Assembly (NCBI GenBank): GCA_963727775.1 | Contig: CAVSHB010000002.1 | Location: 352,001 to 416,000 of the forward strand | Length of the DNA: 64,000 bases | Source: an uncultured Nitrospiraceae bacterium | Lineage (GTDB): Bacteria; Nitrospirota; Thermodesulfovibrionia; Thermodesulfovibrionales; SM23-35 | Direction: 5' to 3' | Shown: positions 21,195 through 31,461 of the stretch, piece by piece | Layout of the letters: every line of letters starts with the position of its first letter | Numbering within the stretch: position 1 is the stretch's first letter | Notes under the pieces: model-generated | Told to the model about the DNA's origin: nothing | Databases searched by the model: none | Seen by the model: the letters and a program-made list of their open reading frames with translations, nothing else | Translations under genes and position numbers: made by a program

Positions 21195-22350
21195 AGGATA
21201 CAGGACTGACGGGTCTGAAATAGCCGGAACCATCGAAGCGAACAGCCAAAAGGACGCCGTATTAAGGCTAAAGGAATCGGGACTCTATCCAAAGGATGTA
21301 AAAGAAGCAATATATAAAGGCAAAGCAGGCTTTTTCCGCAGGCCCGATATTTCACTCCTTCCATCTACAACAAGACAATTATCCACACTCCTTTCTTCAG
21401 GGGTCACTTTAATGGAGGCGTTAAGTTCCATCTCTGAAGAAAATAAAGGTTTCTGGAAGAATATGTTGGTTGATATTAAAGAACGGGTCGAGGCCGGTTC
21501 AAGCTTTTCAAAGGCATTGGAGGAATATGGAAATATCTTCCCGGAATTTTACGTGAATATGGTTGCCGCAGGAGAGGCAAGCGGGACCCTTGATAAGGTC
21601 CTCATACGCATGGCTGATTTCCTGGAAGACCAGGACAACCTGAAATCAAAAGTGAGAACTTCGATGGTTTATCCCGTCTTCATGATCTGCGTGGGGTTCA
21701 TTGTCCTTTCTTTTTTATTCGCATTTGTCATACCGAAGATTACAAAGATTTTCAAGGACACCGGCAGCGCCCTTCCCCTTATCACAACAATCCTTATATT
21801 TGTCAGTGATATTTTTCAGCGCTACTGGTGGCTTTTGATCGGGTTGGTTATAGGAGGGTTTTACGGTCTCAGGAGGATGAAAGAAAAGAATGCTTTGTTT
21901 ATTGACGGTCTCATTTTGCGGATGCCGGGCAATGTATTGCAGAGCCTTTATTTCGGAAGGTTCACACGGACATTAGGCTTCTTGCTGGAGGGAGGCCTTC
22001 CTGTTCTCAAAGCGCTTGATCTTGCTGCAAAATCAATCGGCAATGAGGTGATCGAGGCGCGGGTGCTCGAAGCCGGGAAACGGGTCGCGGAGGGGGCGAG
22101 GCTTTCTGCATCTCTGGAGGGGTTCCCGCCTGTGCTGTTGCAGCTTATTTCGACAGGGGAGAAAAGCGGGCAGTTGGTCCAAATATTGGGAAATGCGGCT
22201 GACTCGTATGAGGAAGAATTCTCAAGGAGAGTGCAGAAGGCTTTGTCTCTCCTTGAGCCCGGGATGATTTTGGTTATGGGATTCGTCGTAGGGCTTATAG
22301 TTCTCGCTATCCTTTTGCCGATATTCCAGTTGAACCAGCTGATAAAATGA
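21175..22350 (+). CDS. gspF: Type II secretion inner membrane platform GspF
   Basis: TRQLSTLLSSG, AGEASGTLD, GEKSGQL, LEP..ILVMG. Confidence 0.96.
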   Translation: MPIFQYKGYRTDGSEIAGTIEANSQKDAVLRLKESGLYPKDVKEAIYKGKAGFFRRPDISLLPSTTRQLSTLLSSGVTLMEALSSISEENKGFWKNMLVDIKERVEAGSSFSKALEEYGNIFPEFYVNMVAAGEASGTLDKVLIRMADFLEDQDNLKSKVRTSMVYPVFMICVGFIVLSFLFAFVIPKITKIFKDTGSALPLITTILIFVSDIFQRYWWLLIGLVIGGFYGLRRMKEKNALFIDGLILRMPGNVLQSLYFGRFTRTLGFLLEGGLPVLKALDLAAKSIGNEVIEARVLEAGKRVAEGARLSASLEGFPPVLLQLISTGEKSGQLVQILGNAADSYEEEFSRRVQKALSLLEPGMILVMGFVVGLIVLAILLPIFQLNQLIK

Positions 22351-22360
22351 ATATGGTAGA

Positions 22361-22470
22361 AAAGCCGGGTCATCGTATTTGCGCTCATTCTCGTCCCCGA
22401 AAGCTTTCGGGGCCTCCGAGGTTTTCGCTTATCAGCGAAAAAAACCGCTCAAATATTATAACCCGGCTTT
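22361..22470. repeat. Highly palindromic intergenic element (MITE/REP-like or mRNA structure)
   Basis: AAAGCCGGGT/ACCCGGCTTT terminal inverted repeat, TATTTG/CAAATA, perfect palindrome CCCCGAAAGCTTTCGGGG (22395-22412), TTTTCGCT/AGCGAAAA hairpin. Confidence 0.7.
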
Positions 22471-22490
22471 CGTGAAAATAGGAGGAACGA

Positions 22491-22919
22491 ATGAAAAATA
22501 AAGGGTTTACGCTTCTCGAAATTATCGTGGTGGTTTTCATACTAAGTCTTCTGGTGGCTATTGTGGCGCCTAAGATAATCGGTAGGACTGATGATGCGCG
22601 CATTGCAGAGGCCAAGGTCCAGATCAGGAATTTTGAGACGGCACTCAAGCTTTTTAAGATCGACAACGGCTTTTATCCAAGCACAGAGCAAGGGCTTGCG
22701 TCATTAGTGGAAAAACCGAACACAGGACAGATTCCTCAGAAATACAGAGAGGGCGGGTACCTTGAACAGAAAAAGATCCCACTTGACCCTTGGGGCAACC
22801 CCTATGTGTATATATCTCCGGGTGTATACGGTGACTTTGATATCATGAGTTATGGAGCGGATGGAAAAGAAGGCGGGGAAGGCAAGAATGCCGATATCAA
22901 GAGCTGGGATTTGCAATAG
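22491..22919 (+). CDS. gspG: Major pseudopilin GspG
   Basis: KG/FTLLE prepilin site, YPSTEQGL.SLV, DPWGNPYVY, SYGADG. Confidence 0.97.
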   Translation: MKNKGFTLLEIIVVVFILSLLVAIVAPKIIGRTDDARIAEAKVQIRNFETALKLFKIDNGFYPSTEQGLASLVEKPNTGQIPQKYREGGYLEQKKIPLDPWGNPYVYISPGVYGDFDIMSYGADGKEGGEGKNADIKSWDLQ

Positions 22920-23394
22920 CCGCGGGTTCACTCTCCTTGAACTCATCGCTGTAATGTTCATTATTTCTGTGGTTGCGGCCATTGCTCTGCCGTCTTTTAT
23001 CGGGGTTGGAGAAAGCAAAGTCAAATCAGAGGCACGGGAAATGGCCTCAATATTGACTTATCTGAACGATAGCGCAGCCTCAAGGAAAGAGACATTTGTC
23101 ATGAGATTTGATCTTGATAATAATACGGTATTCTGGAAAGGGCCTGAGGGAGAGAAGACAAAAAAGTTTGATGATATGACAGGAGTGACCACTCAAGCGG
23201 CCGGGACCGTCTCCAAAGGAGAACTGACCTTCTTATTCGGGCCGTTTGGAATTGGTGAAAATATCAGTGTTCATATGAGCAAGGGAGACCAGAGCATGAC
23301 AATCACTTTGAACCATTTAAGCGGAAGGGTGAAGATAAAGGATGACGCAGGAAGCAGTGAGGATGAAAACGGGGCCCGCAAAGAAGGGCAATAA
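22888..23394 (+). CDS. gspH: Minor pseudopilin GspH
   Basis: RG/FTLLEL prepilin motif; order after gspG; start uncertain. Confidence 0.85.
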   Translation: MPISRAGICNSRGFTLLELIAVMFIISVVAAIALPSFIGVGESKVKSEAREMASILTYLNDSAASRKETFVMRFDLDNNTVFWKGPEGEKTKKFDDMTGVTTQAAGTVSKGELTFLFGPFGIGENISVHMSKGDQSMTITLNHLSGRVKIKDDAGSSEDENGARKEGQ

Positions 23395-23755
23395 GTTTGT
23401 CCTTGATCCTTCTTTTTTTATTCACCGGGAAAATGGTTTTTCTTTGCTTGAAGTGTTGATCGCTCTTGCGATTGTCGGCGGTCTTTTGGTGACCCTCATA
23501 TATACTTTGAACTATCAGTTGAGTCTCGTGGACAGGCAGGAGGTCATTACTGTCGCGACCTTTCTCGCAAAGAGTAAAATGGCCGATTTAGAAAAGAGTC
23601 CCGAAAATAAGAAAGGGGATTTTGAAACTCCTTACGATGGCTATTCATACGAGACCTCTATTAAGGACTCGCCATACGTCGGCATATCTGAAATTATGGT
23701 TTCGGTAAAAGGAGGCAGGGAAGAGGTAAAATTGAATGAGTTTGTTTTTAAATAA
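23342..23755 (+). CDS. gspI: Minor pseudopilin GspI
   Basis: NG/FSLLEVLIALAI; gene order. Confidence 0.85.
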   Translation: MTQEAVRMKTGPAKKGNKFVLDPSFFIHRENGFSLLEVLIALAIVGGLLVTLIYTLNYQLSLVDRQEVITVATFLAKSKMADLEKSPENKKGDFETPYDGYSYETSIKDSPYVGISEIMVSVKGGREEVKLNEFVFK

Positions 23756-24380
23756 AAATCATCGTATATCTCTCCATACAGCTATTGCCGGGAACGAGCG
23801 AAACGGTGGAGGTTTCACCCTTATCGAAATCCTTGTGGCTTTTACAATTCTTTCAATAGTTCTGGCCGCTGTCTACAGCACTTTTTTCTTGAGCCACAAG
23901 GCAATGGACGGCATGGATGAATACATGTTAAAACTCCGGGAATCACGGAGGGCGATTGACATCCTAAAGCGCGAACTCGATTCTGCTTTCTATCGGCGTG
24001 ACGATCAGAGTACATTGTTTAAGATATATGACAAGGACATATTCGGCAAACAGGCGTCTCAGCTTGCTTTTACGGCTTTTTCAACACTAAGGCCGGGGGT
24101 TTCGAGAATCGTTTATTATATCGAAGATAAAGACGGGAAATTAAATCTTCTTAAGAAAATAGAGTCGCCTTTTCAGAAGGAAGAAACCGACGGGGTGGAA
24201 ATAATAGAGGACCTGGACGCGTTCACCGTTGAAGCAAAATACGGTGATACGTGGGTAAAAACATGGGATGCGGACATGAATAACGACACCCCGGAAGAAA
24301 TCAGAATAAGCCTCTCCGTGATGATAAAGGATAAAAAAATGACTTTGTCCGATGTATCAAAACCAATGGTCAAATCGTAA
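23736..24380 (+). CDS. gspJ: Minor pseudopilin GspJ
   Basis: GG/FTLIEILVA, W.KTWD...P..IRI. Confidence 0.87.
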   Translation: MSLFLNKNHRISLHTAIAGNERNGGGFTLIEILVAFTILSIVLAAVYSTFFLSHKAMDGMDEYMLKLRESRRAIDILKRELDSAFYRRDDQSTLFKIYDKDIFGKQASQLAFTAFSTLRPGVSRIVYYIEDKDGKLNLLKKIESPFQKEETDGVEIIEDLDAFTVEAKYGDTWVKTWDADMNNDTPEEIRISLSVMIKDKKMTLSDVSKPMVKS

Positions 24381-24385
24381 TACAC

Positions 24386-25306
24386 ATGACACAAGGACAA
24401 TCAGATCAGCAAAGTTATATGGCAAACCATAAGGGAATAGCTTTAGTTATTGTCCTTCTGGCATTGGCCCTTATCACCGCCATGGTAGTCGAGTTTTCGT
24501 ATGCAGTATATACCGGCACCAATGATCTTTATAATTGGCGCGATGGCCAGCGCCTCTCTATAATGGCAAGATCAGGAATAAATGTGACTATAAAGTTATT
24601 GCCGTATGTGCTTGCAGAGCAAAAATATTCGCAGGGCGTGATGGAGCGGCCTATAGAGAACCCTTTTGAAGATTTCAATGGAACCATAACAGTGAGGGTT
24701 GAGGATGAGAGTTCCAAGCTCAGCCTGAAATTCTTAGTAGATGATTTCGGGAATCATAATAATGTCGCTTATGATGAATTCAAGAGACTTCTAAGCGTGC
24801 TTTCGTTGAATGAAAAGATTGCGGATAGAGTTGTCGACTGGATTGTGAAAAAGAGAGAAACCGGATTCTCTGCCTCCGGAGAAAACAATAAGCATTATAG
24901 ACTCCGCAGTGTCGATGAACTCCTAATGATAGATGGAATAGACAGGAACGCTTATGATAAATTATTGCCATATGTTACTGTTTATGGGCCGGATATGACT
25001 GATTACTCTATTAATGTTAACGGCGCCGGGAAGCCCTTATTGATGAGCATATTGCACGCCAATGGATCGTTTCCCATAACAGAGGACCGAGCTGATAGAA
25101 TAATTAAATATAGAGAGCTCTCTCCTTTTTTATTCTGGGGAGATTTTAATAATTTTGCAGGGACATCATTTTCAGCAGACCGGATCAAGACTATGGGTAC
25201 AGATTTTTCAATAAAAGCGACCGCCTCTTCCGGCGGAGTAAAAAGGATAATCGAATCAGTTTTAAATACATCAGCCGGTAAAATTGAATACTGGAAGGAA
25301 TATTAA
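24386..25306 (+). CDS. gspK: Minor pseudopilin GspK
   Basis: KG/IALVIVL, EDESSKL, VVDW, SVDEL.MIDG, INVN.A, terminal YWKE. Confidence 0.9.
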   Translation: MTQGQSDQQSYMANHKGIALVIVLLALALITAMVVEFSYAVYTGTNDLYNWRDGQRLSIMARSGINVTIKLLPYVLAEQKYSQGVMERPIENPFEDFNGTITVRVEDESSKLSLKFLVDDFGNHNNVAYDEFKRLLSVLSLNEKIADRVVDWIVKKRETGFSASGENNKHYRLRSVDELLMIDGIDRNAYDKLLPYVTVYGPDMTDYSINVNGAGKPLLMSILHANGSFPITEDRADRIIKYRELSPFLFWGDFNNFAGTSFSADRIKTMGTDFSIKATASSGGVKRIIESVLNTSAGKIEYWKEY

Positions 25307-26370
25307 TGGGCAAGGCTTTGTTTATCGATATAAAGGAAAAAGAACTCAGCACATATCTGTTTGATATCAAAGTCAACAAATATGAAATAGGGGAAATCAG
25401 GAAATATCCCGTCTCTGAAAAATTTGATTTCTCGTTTGACATCGGGACCGAGAAGATTGAAAACGCCTATGTAAGCCTCCCATTGAGCAGCCTGAACTTC
25501 AGGGTCATTGAACTGCCGTTTTCCGATAAAGACAGGATTAGGGAAGTGCTTCCGTTTGAGCTCGACGGGATGATATTGGGCGGGACTGACACAGTAGTCT
25601 TTGACAGTGTGATCGTAGGAACATCCGACGATAAGCAACAGGTGCTTGCGGCATATATTGATAAAAAAGATCTCCGGCATCTGCTCGGAAAATTAAAAAC
25701 ATATCATATTGATCCTGTCTTTATTACGTCATTGGAGCTTAAAAACATTCTGAATGATTTTTCTATGGGAAGTCTTCTTTCCCCTCCTGAGCTTGAGGAC
25801 AAAGACAGGATAGAACTGGCTTCCCGGGAAATAAAAGCCCCAGTGATCGACCTGAGAAGGCACGAGTTTTCATACACACGGGAACGTGAGAAGACAAAAA
25901 AGAAGCTGAGGTTAACGGCTGCGCTTCTGGCGTTGCTTGCGCTTGTTCTGTCCGCAGACTTATTGATGAAGATTGTGTCTGCGCGGAGTGAGGCGGCATT
26001 ATTAAAGAACGAGATGCGGAAACAGTATCAGGAAGTCTTTCCCGGAGAGAAAAATATCATGAATGAGCTTTATCAGTTTAAATCCCATATGAAGGAGTTG
26101 AAAAGTAAAGAGGATATTTTCATTGGCGTTGATCCTCTCAGACTGCTTTTAAGTCTCTCCCGTTTGGAGAAACAAGGTGTTGCTTTCAATGAGATAACTG
26201 CGGAAAAAGGGAATATCACCTTGAAAGGTGAGACTGCGTCCTTAAGCGAAGTCCAGCAGATAAAGGGGAAGCTGGAAAGTATTTTTAATGAGGTGAATAT
26301 ATCCGATTCAAAATCCTCTGCGCAGGGCAGGATGCTGTTTACCATAACAGCAAAGGAGAAAAGGTCTTGA
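25306..26370 (+). CDS. gspL: Type II secretion protein GspL
   Basis: Actin-like cytoplasmic part (ELPF...VLPFELD), IDLRR.EF, one TM, ferredoxin-like periplasmic tail. Confidence 0.85.
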   Translation: MGKALFIDIKEKELSTYLFDIKVNKYEIGEIRKYPVSEKFDFSFDIGTEKIENAYVSLPLSSLNFRVIELPFSDKDRIREVLPFELDGMILGGTDTVVFDSVIVGTSDDKQQVLAAYIDKKDLRHLLGKLKTYHIDPVFITSLELKNILNDFSMGSLLSPPELEDKDRIELASREIKAPVIDLRRHEFSYTREREKTKKKLRLTAALLALLALVLSADLLMKIVSARSEAALLKNEMRKQYQEVFPGEKNIMNELYQFKSHMKELKSKEDIFIGVDPLRLLLSLSRLEKQGVAFNEITAEKGNITLKGETASLSEVQQIKGKLESIFNEVNISDSKSSAQGRMLFTITAKEKRS

Positions 26371-26876
26371 TACCAGCGCTGGTGAAGGACAGAAGGATCC
26401 AGGTTGCATCGAGTTGTTTGATCGCTTTTGTGCTTGCTGTAATGTTCGGAGTGCATTTGCTTTCATCCGAGAGAAAAGAACTCAAACAACTGAATGAACA
26501 GAGAAAAGAAATGCTGCTGCTGAAAGATGAATTCATATCTTTGAAACAGAGAATTAATGTTGTGGAAAGCAAGAAGAACCTGTCAAATGCTCAGGGTATT
26601 GTTCAGGCTGTTGATGAGGTTTTTCTGTCTGTCGGGCTGAAGGATAAGGTCAAGTCGGTTAAATCTACGGGGAAGAGAGAAGTCAAGGACGGATTTGAAG
26701 AAGAGGCCGATATTTACATCGAAAAAGTAAGCATGAATGAAATGGCAAATATTTTTTACAGGATCGAGAACGCGCCGGTTATTCTCACGATCAAAAAAGC
26801 CGCAATAAAAAAATCCTTTGAAAACCCCGAGCTCCTGAACATATCCCTCGCTCTTTCTTTTCTGAAAACGAAGTGA
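26367..26876 (+). CDS. gspM: Type II secretion protein GspM
   Basis: TM plus coiled coil plus alpha/beta domain; order L-M-N. Confidence 0.78.
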   Translation: MIPALVKDRRIQVASSCLIAFVLAVMFGVHLLSSERKELKQLNEQRKEMLLLKDEFISLKQRINVVESKKNLSNAQGIVQAVDEVFLSVGLKDKVKSVKSTGKREVKDGFEEEADIYIEKVSMNEMANIFYRIENAPVILTIKKAAIKKSFENPELLNISLALSFLKTK

Positions 26877-27652
26877 AAAAAATCCTCATTGCACTGGTTT
26901 TTATCATGGTTATTGTCTGTAGCTTATGGATAATGTTCCCTGCAAATTCTATCCAGTCTATTATTGAGGATTCTGTTACGGACAAGAAATTTAATTTAGA
27001 GATCAAAGGTCTTAAAAAAGGGTTGTTTTATAATCTGAGCGCCGACAGTATAATATTGAAGAGCTCCGGCCTAAAGGTAGTCTCCTTAACCGGTATTCAC
27101 GGAAATATCGATCCTATGAGTCTCGCGGTGTTGCGTCCAAAGGTAATGATGAATGGGAATATCGGCGGGGGGAATTTTTCAGGCACTGTCGGTTTTGCAA
27201 AAAACAACGTGCAGGTGAACATTAATTTTAAGCAGGTCGGCATAAATGAGGCGCCGTTTTTCAGCCAAATCGGTATACGCGGCGAAGGGACTGTTTCAGG
27301 TAAATTAGTTATGACGGACAATAAGGGGAATATTGGATTTGTTACGAAAGACGCAAACTTCGAGCAGGCGAAAATCGCCGGGGTCAGTGTGCCGCTGAAT
27401 CTTTTCCATGCTGTTTCAGGCATTGTCGACATAAACGGTAATCTGCTCAGTATTGGTTCTCTCTTCCTTGAAGGCAAGGATATCAGTGCGAGGCTAAAAG
27501 GTATAATAAAAGATACTGGTATGGACCTTAAGATGGAAATAATGCCCGGCAGATCTTTTGCTGAAAATCCATTATTCATTTCCGGACTCGAAAGATATAA
27601 AATTTCTCCGGGATATTATGTAATCCCTCTAAAGGGCAATCTGTCCCTCTGA
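26873..27652 (+). CDS. gspN: Type II secretion protein GspN
   Basis: N-terminal anchor ending in FP, beta-rich body; gene order. Confidence 0.78.
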   Translation: MKKILIALVFIMVIVCSLWIMFPANSIQSIIEDSVTDKKFNLEIKGLKKGLFYNLSADSIILKSSGLKVVSLTGIHGNIDPMSLAVLRPKVMMNGNIGGGNFSGTVGFAKNNVQVNINFKQVGINEAPFFSQIGIRGEGTVSGKLVMTDNKGNIGFVTKDANFEQAKIAGVSVPLNLFHAVSGIVDINGNLLSIGSLFLEGKDISARLKGIIKDTGMDLKMEIMPGRSFAENPLFISGLERYKISPGYYVIPLKGNLSL

Positions 27653-27661
27653 GGAGATAGC

Positions 27662-29998
27662 ATGTCAAAGTATATACTGCTTGCACTTATCCTGCTGAGT
27701 CTTGTTTCATGCGGCGGGGATACGTCCGGACAAAAACCCTCAGCTTATAAAGAAGGTGAGATAATAGTTAAATTCAAATCAGGCGCGGATCCAACGCAAA
27801 GATATGTGGCGCATAAAGCTGCCGGAGCGAAATCGGTGAAGACCCTGGGTGATCAAAGGTTTGAAAGGGTCAAGCTGCCTCACGGCGTCACTGTTGCAGA
27901 GGCAATCAAAACGTATACAACGAACCCCGAGGTCGAATATGCCGAGCCTAACTATATTGTAAAGGCTTACAGATTGCCGAATGATGCGCGTTTTAATGAT
28001 TTGTGGGGACTTCATAATACCGGTCAGAACGTAAACGGTACCACGGGCACAGCCGGCGCGGATATCGATGCGACTGATGCATGGGATATCAGCGCGGGTT
28101 CTCCTTCCGTAATCGTTGCCGTCCTCGATACCGGCGTCGATTACAATCACCCCGACCTTAAAGACAATATCTGGAGAAATTCGGGAGAGACCAGTTGCAC
28201 CGACGGGATTGACAACGATAAAAACGGTTATATCGATGACTGTATCGGGTGGAATTTTTTGGAGTCCAATAATGACCCTGCGGACGATAACGGCCATGGT
28301 TCACACATTGCCGGTATTATTGGTGCCGTTGGGAATAATGCCTTAGGGGTTGCCGGGGTAAGCTGGTCTGTAAAGATTATGTCTCTGAAAGTGCTCGATA
28401 ATAATGGAGAGGGTGATATAGCTACTATCATAGAGGCGATATCATATGCTGCCGCAAAGAACGCCGGGATTATCAATATGAGTTTTGGAAGTACCGGGTT
28501 TTCGCAGTCTTTGTATGATACGATAGGAAAATATCCTAATATGCTTTTTGTCGCTGCTGCGGGCAATGAGGGGGCCAACAATGATCAGCCCTCCGTGGCT
28601 GATTATCCTGCGAGCTTCGGCCTGCCCAATATTATTTCAGTGGCTGCAACCGACCAGAACGATAACTTTACAAGTTTCTCTAATTACGGGGTTAAATCTG
28701 TTGATGTTGCTGCGCCGGGTACAGACATTCTCAGCACTATCCCGTCTTTCACTGCAGGAATTACATATAGCGGAACGTACAAGGTGGTTTATTTTTCTTT
28801 TGGCTTTGAAGGTATAGATGGCGCTTTATTGCGCGCGGACGTCATGCGAAGGGTGCTGGAGTTTAACGGTGTTTCACCGGGAGACGGTATTCTTCTCGTG
28901 GATGACGACGGCGGAGACACATATGAGACTTATTATAAGCAGGCCCTTGAGTATCTCGGATATTCGTATGATTATTACATGGTCCCCGTTAATGATGACG
29001 GCCCTGACGCAACCAAACTGAGACAGTATAAACTGGTGATCTGGTTTACAGGCAATGAGTACAGTCCAAACTCTCAAACGCCAACCAATGTGACCCCTAA
29101 TGATCAGGCAAACATCCAATCTTTCCTCGACAACGGAGGCAGGCTTTTTATATCCGGACAGGACATAGGATACGACATCGGTTCCACGAGCTTTTATAAG
29201 AACTATCTCCATGCGCGGTTTATCACTGATGATGCGAACGGATCATTCTACACAGGGCTTAATGACTTCGATGGCTTGTCTCTTGATCTTTCGTCGACAT
29301 ACGGTGACGGAGCGCGGAACCAGAGATCAATTGATGCGGTAAAGCCTGTGGACGGCTCTACGGCTTTTTACATTCCCTATAGCGCCGCCTACCAATTCTT
29401 TGACGGCACATCTATGTGTACGGCAATGGTCTCCGGTGTTGCGGCCCTCGTATCGTCTTATTACAGCGATTTCACCACAAGCCAGATAAAGGGCACGATT
29501 CTGCTTTCCGTTGATGGGCTACCGTCTTTGCAGGGAAGGATACTCTCAGGGGGAAGGGTAAATGTCTATAAGGCGTTGTCTTCACTCATCGCGCCGACTG
29601 ATCTGACCGCTGCGCTTTCCGGGAAACAGGTTGTGCTTGCATGGACAGATAATTCTTCCGGCGAGACGGGATTTTCTATCGAGAGAAAGGAGGCAGGAGG
29701 AAAGTACATCCAAATAGCCTCGGTGCCGTCAAACCAGACGAATTACACAGACGATGCTGTAAAAGCCGGTAAGGCTTATTCATACAGGGTAAAGGCATTT
29801 AATGCCGTCGCCGGTTCGTCATATACCAACGAAGCTTCTCAGAAAATACCCGGCGTCAGCTTCAGCGGAGGCGGCGGATGTTCCAGCGGTAAAACGCAAA
29901 ACGTTCAGACAGCTTTAGCAGACATGTCAGTGCTCTTTATGCCTTTAATGGTTGTCTTCATAATCAAAAGATCAGGAAAAGATTTAAAGAAACCATAA
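27662..29998 (+). CDS. S8 (subtilisin-family) serine peptidase lipoprotein with propeptide, inserted domain, FN3 domain and GGGGC-TM C-terminal signal
   Basis: Lipobox LVSC; Asp156 (VLDTG), His212 (HGSH), AAAGN, Ser584 (GTSM); FN3 W.DNS..E.GF.IER. Confidence 0.93.
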   Translation: MSKYILLALILLSLVSCGGDTSGQKPSAYKEGEIIVKFKSGADPTQRYVAHKAAGAKSVKTLGDQRFERVKLPHGVTVAEAIKTYTTNPEVEYAEPNYIVKAYRLPNDARFNDLWGLHNTGQNVNGTTGTAGADIDATDAWDISAGSPSVIVAVLDTGVDYNHPDLKDNIWRNSGETSCTDGIDNDKNGYIDDCIGWNFLESNNDPADDNGHGSHIAGIIGAVGNNALGVAGVSWSVKIMSLKVLDNNGEGDIATIIEAISYAAAKNAGIINMSFGSTGFSQSLYDTIGKYPNMLFVAAAGNEGANNDQPSVADYPASFGLPNIISVAATDQNDNFTSFSNYGVKSVDVAAPGTDILSTIPSFTAGITYSGTYKVVYFSFGFEGIDGALLRADVMRRVLEFNGVSPGDGILLVDDDGGDTYETYYKQALEYLGYSYDYYMVPVNDDGPDATKLRQYKLVIWFTGNEYSPNSQTPTNVTPNDQANIQSFLDNGGRLFISGQDIGYDIGSTSFYKNYLHARFITDDANGSFYTGLNDFDGLSLDLSSTYGDGARNQRSIDAVKPVDGSTAFYIPYSAAYQFFDGTSMCTAMVSGVAALVSSYYSDFTTSQIKGTILLSVDGLPSLQGRILSGGRVNVYKALSSLIAPTDLTAALSGKQVVLAWTDNSSGETGFSIERKEAGGKYIQIASVPSNQTNYTDDAVKAGKAYSYRVKAFNAVAGSSYTNEASQKIPGVSFSGGGGCSSGKTQNVQTALADMSVLFMPLMVVFIIKRSGKDLKKP

Positions 29999-30055
29999 TA
30001 GTATTTCTCTGCCGACCAAATTATCCTTGTACCTGTGGTATACTCAAAATACTTT

Positions 30056-31291
30056 ATGTCTGCTTTAAGATACTTGACAGCGGGTGAATCGCATGGGAAG
30101 GCCCTTACCGGGATTATCGAGGGTGTTCCTTCAGGGCTTACTGTTTCCGGGGATTTGATTGATAAGGACCTTAAAAGAAGGCAGGGCGGCTATGGTCGCG
30201 GCGGCCGCATGAAGATAGAGTCCGATCATGCTGAAATATTGTCCGGCGTAAGGTGGGGAAAGACTATCGGTTCGCCGATAACCCTGCTTATTGAAAATAA
30301 GGACTATAATAATTGGCTCGAAGCCATGTCTGCGGATGCGTCTGCTGAAGGTTCGATTCCTCCTGTCACGAGACCGCGTCCCGGGCATGCCGACCTGACA
30401 GGCGCGATAAAATATGGCCATCGCGATATAAGAAATATCCTTGAACGTTCAAGTGCGAGAGAGACGGCCATGCGGGTGGCATTAGGCGCGGTCGCAAAGA
30501 GGTTTCTCTCGGAATTCGGCCTCCGGGTCGGCAGTTATGTTGTTCAGATAGGCAAAATCAGTGGCCCAACCCTCGAAGCTTTGAAACCACGAATACTTGC
30601 ATCTATTTTTGAAAAAGCTGAAAAATCTCCTGTCAGGTGCCCGGATGAGGCGGCATCGATAAAAATGATCAAACTCATAGACAGAGCCGTCAAAGAAGGT
30701 AACTCACTCGGCGGTATTTTCGATGTCTTTGTAACAGGTGTGCCTGTTGGTCTCGGCAGCCATGTCCAGTGGGACAGGAAGCTTGACGGCCGGCTTGCGC
30801 AGGCGGTGATGAGTATCCAGGCGATTAAAGGTGTAGAGGTAGGTCTTGGTTTTGAGATGAGCGGGAAATCAGGGTCAGAAGTGATGGACGAGATATTTTA
30901 CACCCGCCGGGACACAAGGCGAAAAATGGCTGCAAAATCTCGTGAAGATTTACTCCATACACCTTATGGGTTTTATAGAAAAACAAATAATGCCGGTGGT
31001 ATTGAGGGCGGCATGACAAACGGTATGCCGATAATCCTGAGAGCTGCGATGAAACCGATCCCGACATTGAGAAGACCGTTACGTTCTGTGGATATAGTTA
31101 CAATGAAGCCAGTAGAAGCGGCTTACGAACGTTCCGATATCTGTGCGGTCCCGGCAGCAGGCGTCGTAGGAGAGGCAATGGTTGCCCTAACTATTGCAGA
31201 CGCCTTTCTCGAAAAATTCGGCGGAGACAGCATGGACGAAGTAAGACGTAATTTTAACGCTTACGAGACAATCAAGAATTTCACCAAATGA
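30056..31291 (+). CDS. aroC: Chorismate synthase
   Basis: [45 protein letters not shown]. Confidence 0.98.
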   Translation: MSALRYLTAGESHGKALTGIIEGVPSGLTVSGDLIDKDLKRRQGGYGRGGRMKIESDHAEILSGVRWGKTIGSPITLLIENKDYNNWLEAMSADASAEGSIPPVTRPRPGHADLTGAIKYGHRDIRNILERSSARETAMRVALGAVAKRFLSEFGLRVGSYVVQIGKISGPTLEALKPRILASIFEKAEKSPVRCPDEAASIKMIKLIDRAVKEGNSLGGIFDVFVTGVPVGLGSHVQWDRKLDGRLAQAVMSIQAIKGVEVGLGFEMSGKSGSEVMDEIFYTRRDTRRKMAAKSREDLLHTPYGFYRKTNNAGGIEGGMTNGMPIILRAAMKPIPTLRRPLRSVDIVTMKPVEAAYERSDICAVPAAGVVGEAMVALTIADAFLEKFGGDSMDEVRRNFNAYETIKNFTK

Positions 31292-31426
31292 CATTGTGTG
31301 CTGTACTTCCTCCTACCAACACATCTTGCTTTTGTTATAGGAAGCAACCTTTCAAATAGAAATCTTCACATAGTACAAATCACAAACTAATAACATTCAT
31401 TGTTCACAAACGCTATGTTTGTTCCA

Positions 31427-31459
31427 TTGACAAATAACAAATAGATAAATACAATGTAA
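31427..31459 (+). promoter_or_regulatory. Sigma-70 promoter of brnTA with small palindrome over the -10
   Basis: TTGACA, 17 nt, TACAAT; TACA-A-TGTA inverted repeat; ATG 6 nt after the -10. Confidence 0.75.
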
Positions 31460-31461
31460 TT

